A DNA stretch of 64,000 bases, from the NCBI GenBank assembly GCA_963803975.1, contig CAWDOY010000009.1, positions 88,040 to 152,039 of the forward strand. Reading direction: 5' to 3'. The translations under genes and the position numbers were made by a program. The notes under the pieces are model-generated. The model was not told the origin of the DNA. It made no database searches and saw only the letters and a program-made list of their open reading frames with translations. This DNA is from an uncultured delta proteobacterium (GTDB lineage Bacteria > Desulfobacterota > WTBG01 > CAIYCZ01). Shown here piece after piece: positions 44,010 to 55,278 of the stretch (its first letter is position 1; each line of letters begins with the position of its first letter).

Positions 44010-44185
44010 TCGTGTAAACTCACAATCCTGCAGCCATCAGCATGGTACCGGGAACCGGCTGCTGCTGGCCGCCAGGCGGATTAATGCTTCGATTCGCAAA
44101 TTCCATGAAAACGCATGCCAGTAAGCTCACTCAGCACTAAGTCCTGAGCAAGCAAGTACGCCATCGAATATATGAATCAAAGGAC

Positions 44186-45187
44186 TTAGTCGGCAGTTAG
44201 CGCCCGGTCAAGGGCGGTGATTAATGCTCCCAGGCCTTTCCGGGTAACCGTAGAGATGGGATATACCCGTTGTGCATCTTCCTTGCTCAGCCGGGAAATA
44301 AACCGGGACAGCAGCGTCTGCTCAGGGTCAAGATCAATTTTATTAACGGCAATGAGCGTCTTTTTTTCGCTCAGGCTCCGGCCGAATTTTTTTATTTCCT
44401 GCTGCACTATTTTAAATGCTTTATCAGCAGGGGGGTCAGCAAACTCGGAAATATCAATCACCGCCAGCAGCACCCGGGTCCGTTCAACATGTTTTAAAAA
44501 CTGGATGCCGAGGCCCTTGCCTTCTGCAGCGCCTTCGATGATTCCCGGAATGTCGGCCATGACAATGCTTCTATAGTCAGGGCGCTCTATCACCCCCAGG
44601 TGCGGCCGCAGGGTGGTAAACGGGTAGTCGGCTATTTTCGGCCGGGCATGGGATACAACCGATATGAGAGAGGATTTCCCGGCATTGGGCAGCCCCACCA
44701 GGCCCACATCAGCAATCACTTTAAGCTCCAGTGCCGCGGTATAGGCAACACCCGGCTTTCCTTCTTCAACATGGCGCGGAGCCTGATTAACGGACGTGGC
44801 AAAGTGCTGATTGCCGCGGCCTCCTTTCCCGCCGTGCGCCAGCATGACCTTGATTCCGGGCTCAAGTATTTCACACAGCAGCTCTTCAGTCTCGGCATTG
44901 CGCACCATGGTGCCGCACGGGACTTTCACCAGCAGGTCTTTTCCTTTTTTGCCGGAGCAGTTCTTGCTGCTGCCCGGCTGCCCGTTCTGGGCAACCAGTT
45001 TTGGTGTATGGCGGAAGCGTGACAGGGTATTCAGGTTTATCTCTCCGATAAAGAATACTGAGCCGCCGTCACCGCCGTCACCGCCGTCAGGGCCGCCGTT
45101 GGGGAGATACTTCTCCCGGCGAAAGGACACGCAGCCCCGTCCTCCGTGCCCTGATATGATGAAAACAGTAGCCGTGTCAACAAACAT
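44186..45187 (-). CDS. obgE: Obg-family GTPase
   Basis: SFRREKY..GGPDGGDGG, GLPNAGKS, DYPFTTL, DIPG, NKID. Confidence 0.93.
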   Translation of the reverse strand: MFVDTATVFIISGHGGRGCVSFRREKYLPNGGPDGGDGGDGGSVFFIGEINLNTLSRFRHTPKLVAQNGQPGSSKNCSGKKGKDLLVKVPCGTMVRNAETEELLCEILEPGIKVMLAHGGKGGRGNQHFATSVNQAPRHVEEGKPGVAYTAALELKVIADVGLVGLPNAGKSSLISVVSHARPKIADYPFTTLRPHLGVIERPDYRSIVMADIPGIIEGAAEGKGLGIQFLKHVERTRVLLAVIDISEFADPPADKAFKIVQQEIKKFGRSLSEKKTLIAVNKIDLDPEQTLLSRFISRLSKEDAQRVYPISTVTRKGLGALITALDRALTAD

Positions 45188-45297
45188 GAAAAGCCTCAAG
45201 AACAGCTTTCAGGCAATGAGCAGTCAGCAGTCAGATTTTTACCTGTATAAATCTGAGAATTTTGCTCTCAGACTATTATCAGGACATAGCCGTATGC

Positions 45298-45346
45298 TGT
45301 AGGAGCGGCTTGAGCCGCGACGGGCACGCATAAATGCGCTCCTACA
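45298..45346 (+). repeat. GTAG-type REP doublet (REPIN)
   Basis: TGTAGGAGCGGCTTGAGCCGCG...GCGCTCCTACA. Confidence 0.82.
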
Positions 45347-45414
45347 GAAATTTCAAATTTCTTTGGATAGTCTTTTGCTGATAGCTGATCGCTAAAGGCT
45401 GTAAGCTATTTAAT

Positions 45415-45456
45415 AAAAACGCCATTGCTGAAACAGCGCGCCGTTTCAGCAATGGC
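45415..45456 (-). terminator. Intrinsic terminator after the RRM gene
   Basis: 14-bp stem GCCATTGCTGAAAC/GTTTCAGCAATGGC with a T run on the minus strand. Confidence 0.75.
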
Positions 45457-45550
45457 ATTAATATAATGCTCCTCCGATCTCCCTGAAAAAGTGCGCACAG
45501 GTAGCCGGGGAACTTACGGTTAATGGTATTTTGAATGCTTGCGGGAGAGG

Positions 45551-45917
45551 TTACCAGCTGCGGCGTCCGCCGCCGCCTGCCTCTGCCGCCGCCTCCTCCG
45601 CCGCCGTCTCCTCTGTCTCCGCCGCCGCCAAAGCTGCGCCTGCCGCCACCACCGCCGCCGCCGCGAGGCCGGTCAGCCTGAGGACGGGCTTCATTGACGG
45701 TCAGGTTGCGCCCTTTCAAGTCCTTGCCATTCATGCCTTCAAGGGCCGCCTTAGCTTCGGCGAGTTCAGGCATTTCCACAAAACCAAAGCCGCGCGTTTG
45801 GCCGCTGAACTTGTCCTTAATAATTCGTGCTGAAGCAACTTTGCCAAATCCTTCAAATGCCAGCCGCAAATCGTCTTCAGTAACCCCTGTCGCTAAATTA
45901 CCTACGAAAATGTTCAT
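45551..45917 (-). CDS. RRM RNA-binding protein with Gly/Arg-rich tail; frameshift near 45578
   Basis: RNP2 IFVGNL, RNP1 RGFGFVEM, VNEARP, poly-Gly tail. Confidence 0.93.
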
Positions 45918-45964
45918 GGTACCCTTTCCTTTTTGTGTGTTGTTTGATGGGCCTGTTATTCTTT

Positions 45965-47409
45965 CTACTTCTTCTTCAGTTTTAAAAACTGTGCAATCCC
46001 TTCTGCACAGGCATCAAGCACTACGGGCTTGTTTATATACTGCTGTCGCGGTGTTATTTCATACGCCGGCGGGTAGGCGTTGTCAAAATAGAGCTGCTGG
46101 AAATTGGAAAATTTGAGCTGATGGGACGTGGAATCCACAACCACGGTCTGGCTTTTTTTCACCAGCCCCAGCGATACCGCTTTCTTCAGCCCTGCCAGTG
46201 CTTCCCCGCCCTGGGTGCACACAACATGGCCATAGCGATTGGCCTCCAGCATGCTCTCGATAATCTGCTGTTCCTCCACCGCAACAGCCATAAACCGTTC
46301 CTGAAAATGGTCCCGCACCAGGTTCTGCACCTTGGGGAATGAGACCGGGTCGCCGATCATGGCTGCCTGGGCAACACTGGGCTGCACCTTCATCGGCTGG
46401 TAGCTGTCCGCTCTCCTGCCACTGCACGACCGGATTGGCATGGGTGCTCTGGACCCCGAGGATGCAGGGCAGCTCAGGGATAATGTTTAAATCATACAGG
46501 TCAAGAAAACCCTCCATGATGGCAGTGACATTGCCGGCGTTGCCTATGGGGACCACCACCACCAGGTCACTGGTATTATAGCACAACTGCTGGGCAATTT
46601 CATAGGCATAGGATTTCTGTCCCATGATGCGGATCGGGTTCTTGGAATTGAGCAGGCAGACCTGGTAGTTTTCCGCAAGCTCCTCCACTATCTTCATGCA
46701 GTCGTCAAACACCCCGGGAATCTCGATCACCAGCGCGCCGCTGCCCAGCGGCTGGGAGAGCTGCTGGGGCGTAACCCTGCCCTGGGGCAGAAGCACCACC
46801 GATTTCACCACCTGTTTATCAAGATAGCTCAAATAGAGCGCTGCAGCAGCCGAGGTGTCGCCGGTTGACGCGCAGATGCCAAGCACCTCTTTCAGGCCCC
46901 GGGTCCTGATGGAGTAGTTTATAAAGCTTACGGCGCTTGCCATGCCGCGGTCTTTGAAGCTTGCAGACGGATTAAACCCGTCGTTTTTTACAAAAAAATC
47001 AAGGCCCGCACGCGCGCTCAACTCCGGATTTGCCCGCACCAGGGCCGTATGCCCTTCCCCCAGATAGATGATATCCTGCAGCGGGATGGTCGGAAACAGG
47101 ATCTCCTTGAATAAAAAAATTCCCTGCAGGCTTTCGGTGCGCAGCAGCTTCCGGTAATCAAAGATCTTCTGCCACAGCGCTCCCGGTATCTTTTTCAGGC
47201 TGGCAAAATCCCGGTTGCGCAGTCTGAGCAGGCTTCTGCACTGCGGGCAGGTATAAAGGAACTGATCAATGCGGTAGCAGCTGCCGCAGTCAATGCACTC
47301 ATAAACCACATCACCGGTATAGTCAGGAATCAGCCAGGGTCTGATATCAGCGGGAAAATCTTCCAGGCAGGGGCGCTGGTGCCTTGAGATTGTGAGATAG
47401 CTCGGGCAT
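45965..47409 (-). CDS. thrC: Threonine synthase; frameshifts near 47360 and 46410
   Basis: LGEGHT, NPSASFKDRG, CASTGDTSAA, PIGNAGN, IGDPVS. Confidence 0.9.
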
Positions 47410-47557
47410 AGGGAATAATTATTTATACGTTTAATAGTACGCTATACTAAATCAATCGGCAAGTCAATAACTGTCAATAACGGGAATAAAGAAGCTCCTG
47501 CATTGACAATAGCTCCCCGGCCACAGTACAATGCACCTCAAAGGATGGCCCAGTTGC

Positions 47558-49427
47558 ATGGAACAGACATCACCTGAAGTTATCGCACAGCTGGCGCAGC
47601 TGCCGAAACTGCCCGGCGTGTACCTGATGAAGGACCGCGGCGGCGCGGTCCTGTACGTGGGCAAGGCTAAGAACCTGAAAAACCGCGTCAGGTCCTATTT
47701 CCAGCGCCTCCAGGATCAGCGCCAGAAAGTCCAGGTCCTGGTTGGAAAGATTGCCGGCATTGACACCATTGTCACGCAGAGCGAAAAAGAAGCCCTCATT
47801 CTGGAAAACACCCTCATTAAAAAGTACCGGCCCCGCTTTAACGTGACCTACCGGGATGATAAAAATTATCCCTATCTGCGGCTCTCGCTCGATGAAGCAT
47901 ACCCGGCCCTCACCATCGCCCGCCAGGCAAAGCCTGACGGAGCCCGTTATTTCGGCCCGTTTGCCTCTGCCCAGGCAGTACGGGAGACGCTCAAGCTCAT
48001 CAACCTGATATTTCCCCTGCGCAAATGCCATGGCCGGCGCCTGGAGAAGAAGCGGCCCTGCATCTACTACCAGCTGGGTCAGTGCCCTGCTCCCTGCTGC
48101 TGCCATGGTTGACCCCGAAGAATATAAAAAAACCGTCCACGACGTGCAGCTTTTTCTTCAGGGCCGCAGCCGGGAGGTCATAGCCTCATTAAAGAAAAAA
48201 ATGGAGCTTGAGTCCCAGTCCCTGCACTTTGAACAGGCCGCCCGCACCCGTGACCGCATCCAGGCTCTGGTAAAAACCCTGGAGAAGCAGGCCATGGTGA
48301 GCCTTGATTTTATTGACCGGGACGTTTTTTCTTTCTACCGGGAAGGGGAACGAATGGAGGTGGTGGTGCTGTTTGTTCGCAGCGGCAGGTTGAGCGGCAC
48401 CCGCAGCTTCAGCTTGCGCAACCTCACCCTGAGCGATGCCGAGGCCCTCTCCTCATTCCTTACCCAGTACTATGATCAGGGAAAGTTTATCCCCCCTGAG
48501 GTGATCATTCCCCTGCAGCTCCCGGACCGGGAGCTGCTTATTGAATGGCTTAAGGAAACCAGGGGGGAGCCGGTAAAAATAACAGTGCCGCTGCAGGGCC
48601 CCCGCTATGAGCTTTTGAAAATGGCTGCGCAAAATGCCGAAATTCTCTTTCGCCGGGAGTACCTTGCGCAGCCGGACGATGTTCTGGCTGCGCTGCAGGA
48701 GAAGTTGGGACTGAAGCGCTACCCGCGCCGTATTGCCTGCTTTGATATATCAAATATTATGGGCACCTCTGCCGTGGGCTCTGCGGTGCTGTTTCTGGAC
48801 GGCCGGCCGGCCAGGCACGAATACCGGCGGTTCCGCATCAAGACCGTGCAGCAGGCAGATGACTATGCCATGATGTATGAAGTGCTCTCCCGGTATCTCA
48901 GCCGGGCTCAAAGAGAGGAAACGCTTCCTGACCTGATCATGGTTGACGGCGGCAAAGGGCAGCTCGGCGTTCTCATCAGGGCGCTTGAGGAGAACCGTAT
49001 CGTCAGCGTTGATGCCATCTCGCTGGCAAAGGCCAAAAACCGGGGTAAACGGCCTGCCGCTACTCGTGCGGAAGAAGAGAAGATCTGCCTGCCGCACCGT
49101 AAAAACCCCCTGATTCTTTCCCGCCAGTCCCCGCTGCTGCTGCTCCTGCAGCGGATTCGTAATGAAGCACACCGCTTTGCCATCACCTACCACCACCAGC
49201 TGAAAGCAAAAAAGGACCTTACGTCCTCCCTCCAGTCTATCGCGGGCATCGGCACCAAAACAGCGCAGAAGCTGCTGCGCCATTTCGGCAGCATCGAGCG
49301 CCTGCAGGAGGCCGGTCTTGAGGAGCTTTCGCAGCTTTCTTTCCTGAATAAAAAAACCGCGCTGCTGGTGTATGATTTTTTCCATGGGGAGAAAAACGGG
49401 GGTCTACCTTCGCGCCCGCCCGGCTGA
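47558..49427 (+). CDS. uvrC: Excinuclease ABC subunit C; frameshift near 48105
   Basis: GIY-YIG ([14 protein letters not shown]), [20 protein letters not shown], HhH. Confidence 0.95.
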
Positions 49428-51094
49428 CAACTCAGCGCGGGGCACTTCCCATCCGGTGCTGATCAGCAGTTTATAGAAGGCTTGCGACTGAGAGATGATA
49501 ATTTTGGTGTGCGCCTGCAGCTCTTCAACTATTTCCTCTTTGACCGCCGGGGCGGTAACCTTTTGTATCTGCTCTAAGCCGGACCGTCACAAAGGAGAGA
49601 TAGTCAAGCATCTTAGTGGTAATGACTTCCCTGAGCGGGTCGATTTCTGCAATCTGGATGTTGGAGGAAATTTCATCAAGCGCGGCTATTTTCTGCTGGG
49701 CATCCGAACCGCTGCCGGCATCAAGATCAAGGCTCTCGTGCTTTTCATCGATAATAACCCGCTTCAGGCTGTGCAGCTTCTTGAGGAATACCGATATTGC
49801 CTGCAGCCGCGTCTGAATTCGATGCAATAGCTTATCATCAGTGAGCTGCCGCTCCCGGAGCAGTTTCAGATCCTTGCCGATCTTCTTGAGCGGGTTGTGA
49901 ATATTATTGATGGTGCTGGTGGAGAGCGCCTGTATGGCACGAACTCTGCGCTCCTGCAGCACCCGCTCGGGGATGCGCGGCGACCGTTCCGCCCGGGCCG
50001 CATCGGGAATTTCCTCTTCCATGCGGAAGCGCAGGGGATAATAGGAGGCCAGCTCTCCCAGGGTCTGGGGCTCGTCCGGCGGCAGTTCAGGTCTTTCTTC
50101 ATGCAGTCACGCTGAAGATGTTGAGGCGCGGAAAAATGAGCACCAGCCGCACATCGGGGTCAAGCATAGTGCTCTGCAGGAGAAAATGGGCCAGCAACAC
50201 ATATTCATTGAATAACAGCTTTACATAAAACAGCTCAGCCGGGGAAAAGTCCTTTTTCCCCAGCCCGGTGGCGGCAAATTTGTCCATAAGCGCCTGCTCG
50301 TCGAACGCAAAATGATAGCCCTTGTGCTGAATAAACTGCAGGGGACGGGTGGGGGCATCAATTTTGAACATGCGCGGCTGGTACTGCCCGTTGCCGGTGG
50401 TGGTGCCGATGAAATTGCAGCGCAGGGTATGTTCGCTGATAAGGGACACGAAACTTGTCTCCTGCATCACCAGGGGGAGACATACGCAGCTTGCTTCGTT
50501 TTCGTTTTCCATCACAATATGAAACGTGACCCCCGGCTCTTTAAGGCCGAGCTTTTCCGTCTCCCGCACCGCTTCCATTAACTTCCCGACGGTTTCCTCG
50601 GGTGTGGAGCTGTTGGAACTGATGAGCACTTCATCCAGGAAGCGCCGCGCATCCCTGATTCCGTAATAGGCATCGCCGAGGCCGAAGCAGACCCTGAACC
50701 CGAGGTCAAGGGTCATAAGGCGGTGCATCAGAAATTTCCGCTCCCCGATTTCCCTGAGCCGGAAAATGAACACATCGAGGATGTTGCCGATGATGTAGTC
50801 GTAATTTTCCAGAAGCTCGCCGGTACCGGGATCAGTGGCCATGGTGAGTATCAGGCTCTTCATCAGCTCATTCACCGTTGCCTCAGAGGAGCCCTGCTTG
50901 AGTCCCCTGGTCAGCTTAAACGTGACCTTGATCTGCTGCCCCTGGAAGGCAATGTCGGCGTTTTCCGCAAAGTTTCCCTCAAAATAGCAGCCCTGCTTGA
51001 ACCACAGGTCGGTCATCTCCCGTACGACCGCACGCTCAACCTGAAACAGCTTGCGCTTGGGCATATCCGAGGTTTTAATTTGTGCTAAGTTCAT
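49404..51094 (-). CDS. Hypothetical protein (about 560 aa after joining frameshifts near 50105 and 49580) with a degenerate HisKA-like segment
   Basis: Frames join by single-base shifts; ERRVRAIQALSTSTINNIHNPL resembles an H-box helix. Confidence 0.55.
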
Positions 51095-51226
51095 ATCCTC
51101 AACATCAAAGCGGAAGCAGCTGGTTCACCACGCTCATAAGCACGGCCAGCCGTTTAAATATATATCAATATATAACAGGTATAATGCGTCTGTCGATAGA
51201 AAAAAGCAGCTGTTTTCAGACGGTAA

Positions 51227-51499
51227 TCATCCCGGGGAAGCACGCTGCTTCATGTTTATAAGATATTTAATGTCAGCGCGGATCTGCTTGAGCGTCATGC
51301 CGCTGCGGCCTATGGCAAAGAACCCGATCGCCCAGAGCGGTACGGTGATCGTGTGCCACAGCTCTGCAACCGGTACGTCATAAAAAACCCACACCAGGCA
51401 GGCACCGGCGAGAACATATCCCGCCAGCTGCTTGAAAAACTGCTGCGCCGGGCGCCGCTGTGTTTCGTTGCCGGAATCCAGCAATGCTTCCTGTTCCAT
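51227..51499 (-). pseudogene. Probable internally deleted lysylphosphatidylglycerol-synthase-TM (YbhN/flippase-like) gene
   Basis: N-terminal GYVLAGACLVWVFYDV joined directly to C-terminal-type TVPLWAIGFFAIGRSGMTL. Confidence 0.45.
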
Positions 51500-51585
51500 A
51501 CCTGTTCCGGAACGCGTTCAGTACACTAACCTCAAGCACGACTTTTATTATATCATGTAACCTGTGCCCGCGACACAATAACCCA

Positions 51586-52158
51586 TTATTTCATATCCTT
51601 TCTCTGTATTCTCGTCCAGAAAAAATGGCCCGTCCAGAGCAGTGTGCCCAGAAGCGCTATCATGAGAATAAGCTGCAGTTCATGCTGCCTGATGTCTCTC
51701 AGCACTATTTCCAGTGCAGCACCAAAACAATACCCCCCGGCAGCAAACACGGTTGTCCAGATTAACCCGCTCGCTATGTTCAGCGTCAAAAATCGCGTCC
51801 GTGCTATGCCGCTCATGCCAATGACAAACGGCGCGACAATGCGCATGCCGTACATAAAGCGAAAGCCGACAATAACCAGGTTCTGGTTGCGCTGCAGCAG
51901 TTCCCGGAACCGCACGCTGCGGGCATACAGCGCCGGCCGTTTTTCAAGAAAATCCTGGCCGTAGATTCTGCCCATGAAGTAGAGAACCTGGTCACAAACA
52001 ATCGTTGCCGACGAGGCAATAAGGATTACCAGGGGAAGCGACAGATAGCCCCGATGTGCAGCAAACCCGGCAATTACCAGAATCGTTTCCCCTTCTATAA
52101 GCGCTCCCAGCAGCAGGGCGACATAACCATAGGTCTGGATAAGGTACTCTGCGGACAT
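51586..52158 (-). CDS. DedA family membrane protein
   Basis: YGYVALLLGALIEGETILVIAG, DQVLYFMGR, RFMYGMR. Confidence 0.9.
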   Translation of the reverse strand: MSAEYLIQTYGYVALLLGALIEGETILVIAGFAAHRGYLSLPLVILIASSATIVCDQVLYFMGRIYGQDFLEKRPALYARSVRFRELLQRNQNLVIVGFRFMYGMRIVAPFVIGMSGIARTRFLTLNIASGLIWTTVFAAGGYCFGAALEIVLRDIRQHELQLILMIALLGTLLWTGHFFWTRIQRKDMK

Positions 52159-52340
52159 GGCTTTTACTTTGCAATTCAAATTATCATGTGCTAACAATTT
52201 TACGTAATTATTATAATTATATCATTCAATTGTTTTTAAGCAACCGGGCGCAAATAAATAATAATGGCATTATTATGTAAAATATATTCGTCCCGCACAT
52301 CCATTGACAGCAGGGCTCTGCAGCCGGTTGAGCGTGATGC

Positions 52341-52958
52341 ATGAAAATAGTCCTTCTCTCAATCGCTTCATATCTGTACGGCGCCATACCCTTTGCCTAC
52401 CTGGCAACCTGGCTTCTCACCGGTAAAAAGCTGACTGAGGAGGGGACCGGCAATATCGGCGTGACCAATGCCTACAAGGTTGGCGGTACCGGGGCAATCA
52501 TCATCACCCTCCTGGGTGAAATCTCAAAGGCAGCACTGCCGATTTATGCAGCACGGTTTCTCTTTGGAGATGATCTTTTCAGCATGCTGCTGGCTGCGTT
52601 CAGCGCGCTGGTCGGCACCAGCTTTTCACTGTTTCTCAAAGGCAGGGGCGGCAAAGGCAGCACCGTTGCCATCTGGACCATCCTTATTCTTTCTCCCCTT
52701 GCCGGCGTCATGATGCTCACCACCTGGGGAGCCCTCGCTGTCTGGGCACGCACCAACATTATCGTTAAAAAGCTGCAGCTCATCTGCATTCCGGGTATTA
52801 TCTATCTGGTTGAGCGGGACCTTGTTTTCACCGCATTCGGCATTCTCACCAGCATCCTGTTTCTGCTCACCGGTTATATCCGTAAAGATGATTTCGCGTA
52901 TTACAATGTCTTCCAACAAAGGGCAGGGGCAAAAGATGCGGACTCGCTACATCCGTAA
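52341..52958 (+). CDS. PlsY-like (glycerol-3-phosphate acyltransferase family) membrane protein, divergent
   Basis: YLYGAIPF, GTGNIGVTN, RGGKG; motif-3 HxxNxxR not visible. Confidence 0.8.
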   Translation: MKIVLLSIASYLYGAIPFAYLATWLLTGKKLTEEGTGNIGVTNAYKVGGTGAIIITLLGEISKAALPIYAARFLFGDDLFSMLLAAFSALVGTSFSLFLKGRGGKGSTVAIWTILILSPLAGVMMLTTWGALAVWARTNIIVKKLQLICIPGIIYLVERDLVFTAFGILTSILFLLTGYIRKDDFAYYNVFQQRAGAKDADSLHP

Positions 52959-55278
52959 TCTCAAAGAGGAACAGCATCCGCACCATATCGGCACCAAGGC
53001 TCATGCCCTGGGGTTCCTGCTGAAGCGGGGCTATCGGGTGCCCCCGACCTGGGTCTGCACCTGGGACGCCTTTTCGCAATTCCGCAAAGGGGATGCGAAC
53101 ATAACAGCGGCCGTTACCGCAGAGCTTGCTTCCCTGATGCAGCCGCATACCGCATATGCGGTGCGCTCTTCAGCAAATGTTGAGGACGGCCAGCAGTATT
53201 CCTTTGCCGGCCAGTTTAAAAGCATCCTCAATGTCATTGGCATCGATGCCATGGTAGCTGCCATCCGCACCATCTGGGAGTCAACCGCTGCCCCGGTCGT
53301 GCAGTCATATGCAAAAAAAATCGGCATTGATCAGGACAGCCTGAAAATGGCGGTGATTATCCAGGAGATGGTGGCCCCGAAGTTTTCCGGTGTGTCATTC
53401 AGCAGAAACCCCATAACCGGCATGGATGAGACCGTGGTTGAAGCGGTCACGGGCAGCAGCGGTGCGCTGCTTCAGGAAGGCGTCACCCCGCAGCGCTGGA
53501 TCCATAAATGGGGAGAGTGGATAGCGCTCCCCGAGCATGAAGACCTGCCCCGTGACATTATCCAGGAGGTCGTTACCCGGACCAGGGAAATTGCCCGGTC
53601 CTACGGAAAGCCGGTGGATCTCGAGTGGGCCTATGACGGTACCACACTCTACTGGGTGCAGCTGCGGGAGATCACCTCGCTTAAAAACCTCAATGTCTAT
53701 TCAAATTACATAGCCAAGGAAGTTCTCCCGGGCATCATCAAGCCCCTGGTCTGGTCGGTTAACGTCCCCATGGTCAACAGCGCCTGGAAACAATTTCTCT
53801 CCGAGCTGATCGGTGATCTTGACATTGACGCCCAGGCACTTGCCAAACCCTTTTATTATCGGGCCTATTTTAACATGGGCGTGATCGGCAGCATCTTTGC
53901 CGCCCTGGGGCTGCCTCCTGAAACCATTGAGCTGCTTATGGGCATTTATCGGGAAGGCGCGGAAAAGCCTTCTTTCAGGCTCACGCCGAAAATGCTGCTG
54001 CGCCTGCCGCGCATCCTGCGCTTTACCCTGGGGAAGATTCGCTATGCCCGGAAGTTCCCGGCGCTCTTCCCGGAGATGAAAGCACACTACCAGGCGTTCT
54101 GCAGCGCTCCCGTAGACCGGCTCAGCGAGGCAGAGCTTATGCAGCAGATAGATAAGCTTTTCCTGTTATCACAGCAGACCGCCTACTATAATATTATCGT
54201 CCAGCTGCTGATGGGCCTCTATAACGTGCTGCTCAAGTGGCAGCTGAAGAAGCTGGGCGTTGATTTTACCTGCTTTGACCTGACCGAAGACATGGAAGAG
54301 CTGAAAGAGTTTGACCCTGCCATCCATATGCTGGTCATGAACCAGCAGTTCCGGCAGCTCTCTGACGGGTTAAAGGAGCAGATTGCCGGCAGCACCTATA
54401 AAGAGTTCTGCGCGCTTCCCGGCATCGCGCTTCTGCAGAAGGAATTAACCCGGTTCCTGGAGCGCTTCGGCCATTTAAGCGACAGCGGCAATGATTTCTC
54501 GGCAGCACCGTGGCGGGAAAAACCGGACGTTATTCTCAGGATAATCACCACCTCGCAGCAGGCTGAAAACCAGTCAGCGAGAAATATCTGCTATGAGGAG
54601 CTGCGCATGTCAGCACTTCGCCGCATGCTGCTCAGCCCGCTCTATCATAAAGCCCGCTTCTTCAGGCTCTGCCGGGAAGAGGTTAGCTTCTTGTACACCT
54701 TCGGCTACGGCCTGTTCCGCACCTGTTTTCTGGCCCTGGCGGATATATGGACGGCAAAGGGCTTTCTTGCGGAACGGGATGACATCTTTTACCTTTGCCT
54801 TGATGAGATAAAAGCCGTTATCGAGAAAGGTCATATGGATCCGGTTCACGCAGAGGCTATTGCCGTGCGCAAGCGCGAGATTCAGGAATGCCGGGAGATG
54901 ACCCTGCCCAATATCATTTACGGCGACCACCCGCCGCCGCTTATGAATCATACCGGCAGCCGTCTGAAGGGCACTCCCACGTCACGGGGATATTTTCGCG
55001 GGGCCGTGAAAGTGGTGCGCGGCATTGAGGATTTTGCCAAGGTTGAGACCGGCAGTGTTCTGGTCATCCCCTATTCTGATGTGGGCTGGACACCGCTGTT
55101 TACCAAAGCCGGGGCCATCATTGCAGAATCAGGCGGCATACTGTCCCACAGCTCCATCATTGCCCGGGAATATAACATCCCGGCGGTGGTCTCAGTGTCC
55201 GGGGCCTGCCAGCTTAAAGACAATACCGTAGTGAGCGTTGACGGGTATCTGGGCGAGATATTAATTCATCAGCCGTGA
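52936..55278 (+). CDS. PEP-synthase/rifampin-phosphotransferase-type dikinase (ATP-grasp, substrate domain, C-terminal phospho-His domain)
   Basis: GTKA, AVRSSANVED...SFAGQF, DLEWA, QLREIT, GGILSHSSIIAREYNIP. Confidence 0.88.
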   Translation: MRTRYIRNLKEEQHPHHIGTKAHALGFLLKRGYRVPPTWVCTWDAFSQFRKGDANITAAVTAELASLMQPHTAYAVRSSANVEDGQQYSFAGQFKSILNVIGIDAMVAAIRTIWESTAAPVVQSYAKKIGIDQDSLKMAVIIQEMVAPKFSGVSFSRNPITGMDETVVEAVTGSSGALLQEGVTPQRWIHKWGEWIALPEHEDLPRDIIQEVVTRTREIARSYGKPVDLEWAYDGTTLYWVQLREITSLKNLNVYSNYIAKEVLPGIIKPLVWSVNVPMVNSAWKQFLSELIGDLDIDAQALAKPFYYRAYFNMGVIGSIFAALGLPPETIELLMGIYREGAEKPSFRLTPKMLLRLPRILRFTLGKIRYARKFPALFPEMKAHYQAFCSAPVDRLSEAELMQQIDKLFLLSQQTAYYNIIVQLLMGLYNVLLKWQLKKLGVDFTCFDLTEDMEELKEFDPAIHMLVMNQQFRQLSDGLKEQIAGSTYKEFCALPGIALLQKELTRFLERFGHLSDSGNDFSAAPWREKPDVILRIITTSQQAENQSARNICYEELRMSALRRMLLSPLYHKARFFRLCREEVSFLYTFGYGLFRTCFLALADIWTAKGFLAERDDIFYLCLDEIKAVIEKGHMDPVHAEAIAVRKREIQECREMTLPNIIYGDHPPPLMNHTGSRLKGTPTSRGYFRGAVKVVRGIEDFAKVETGSVLVIPYSDVGWTPLFTKAGAIIAESGGILSHSSIIAREYNIPAVVSVSGACQLKDNTVVSVDGYLGEILIHQP

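Noticed and set aside
45342..45550. C-terminal extension of the RRM protein to 191 aa
   Set aside because: Artefact of a one-base shift in the GCC-rich tract; the corrected frame ends GGRRSW* at 45551
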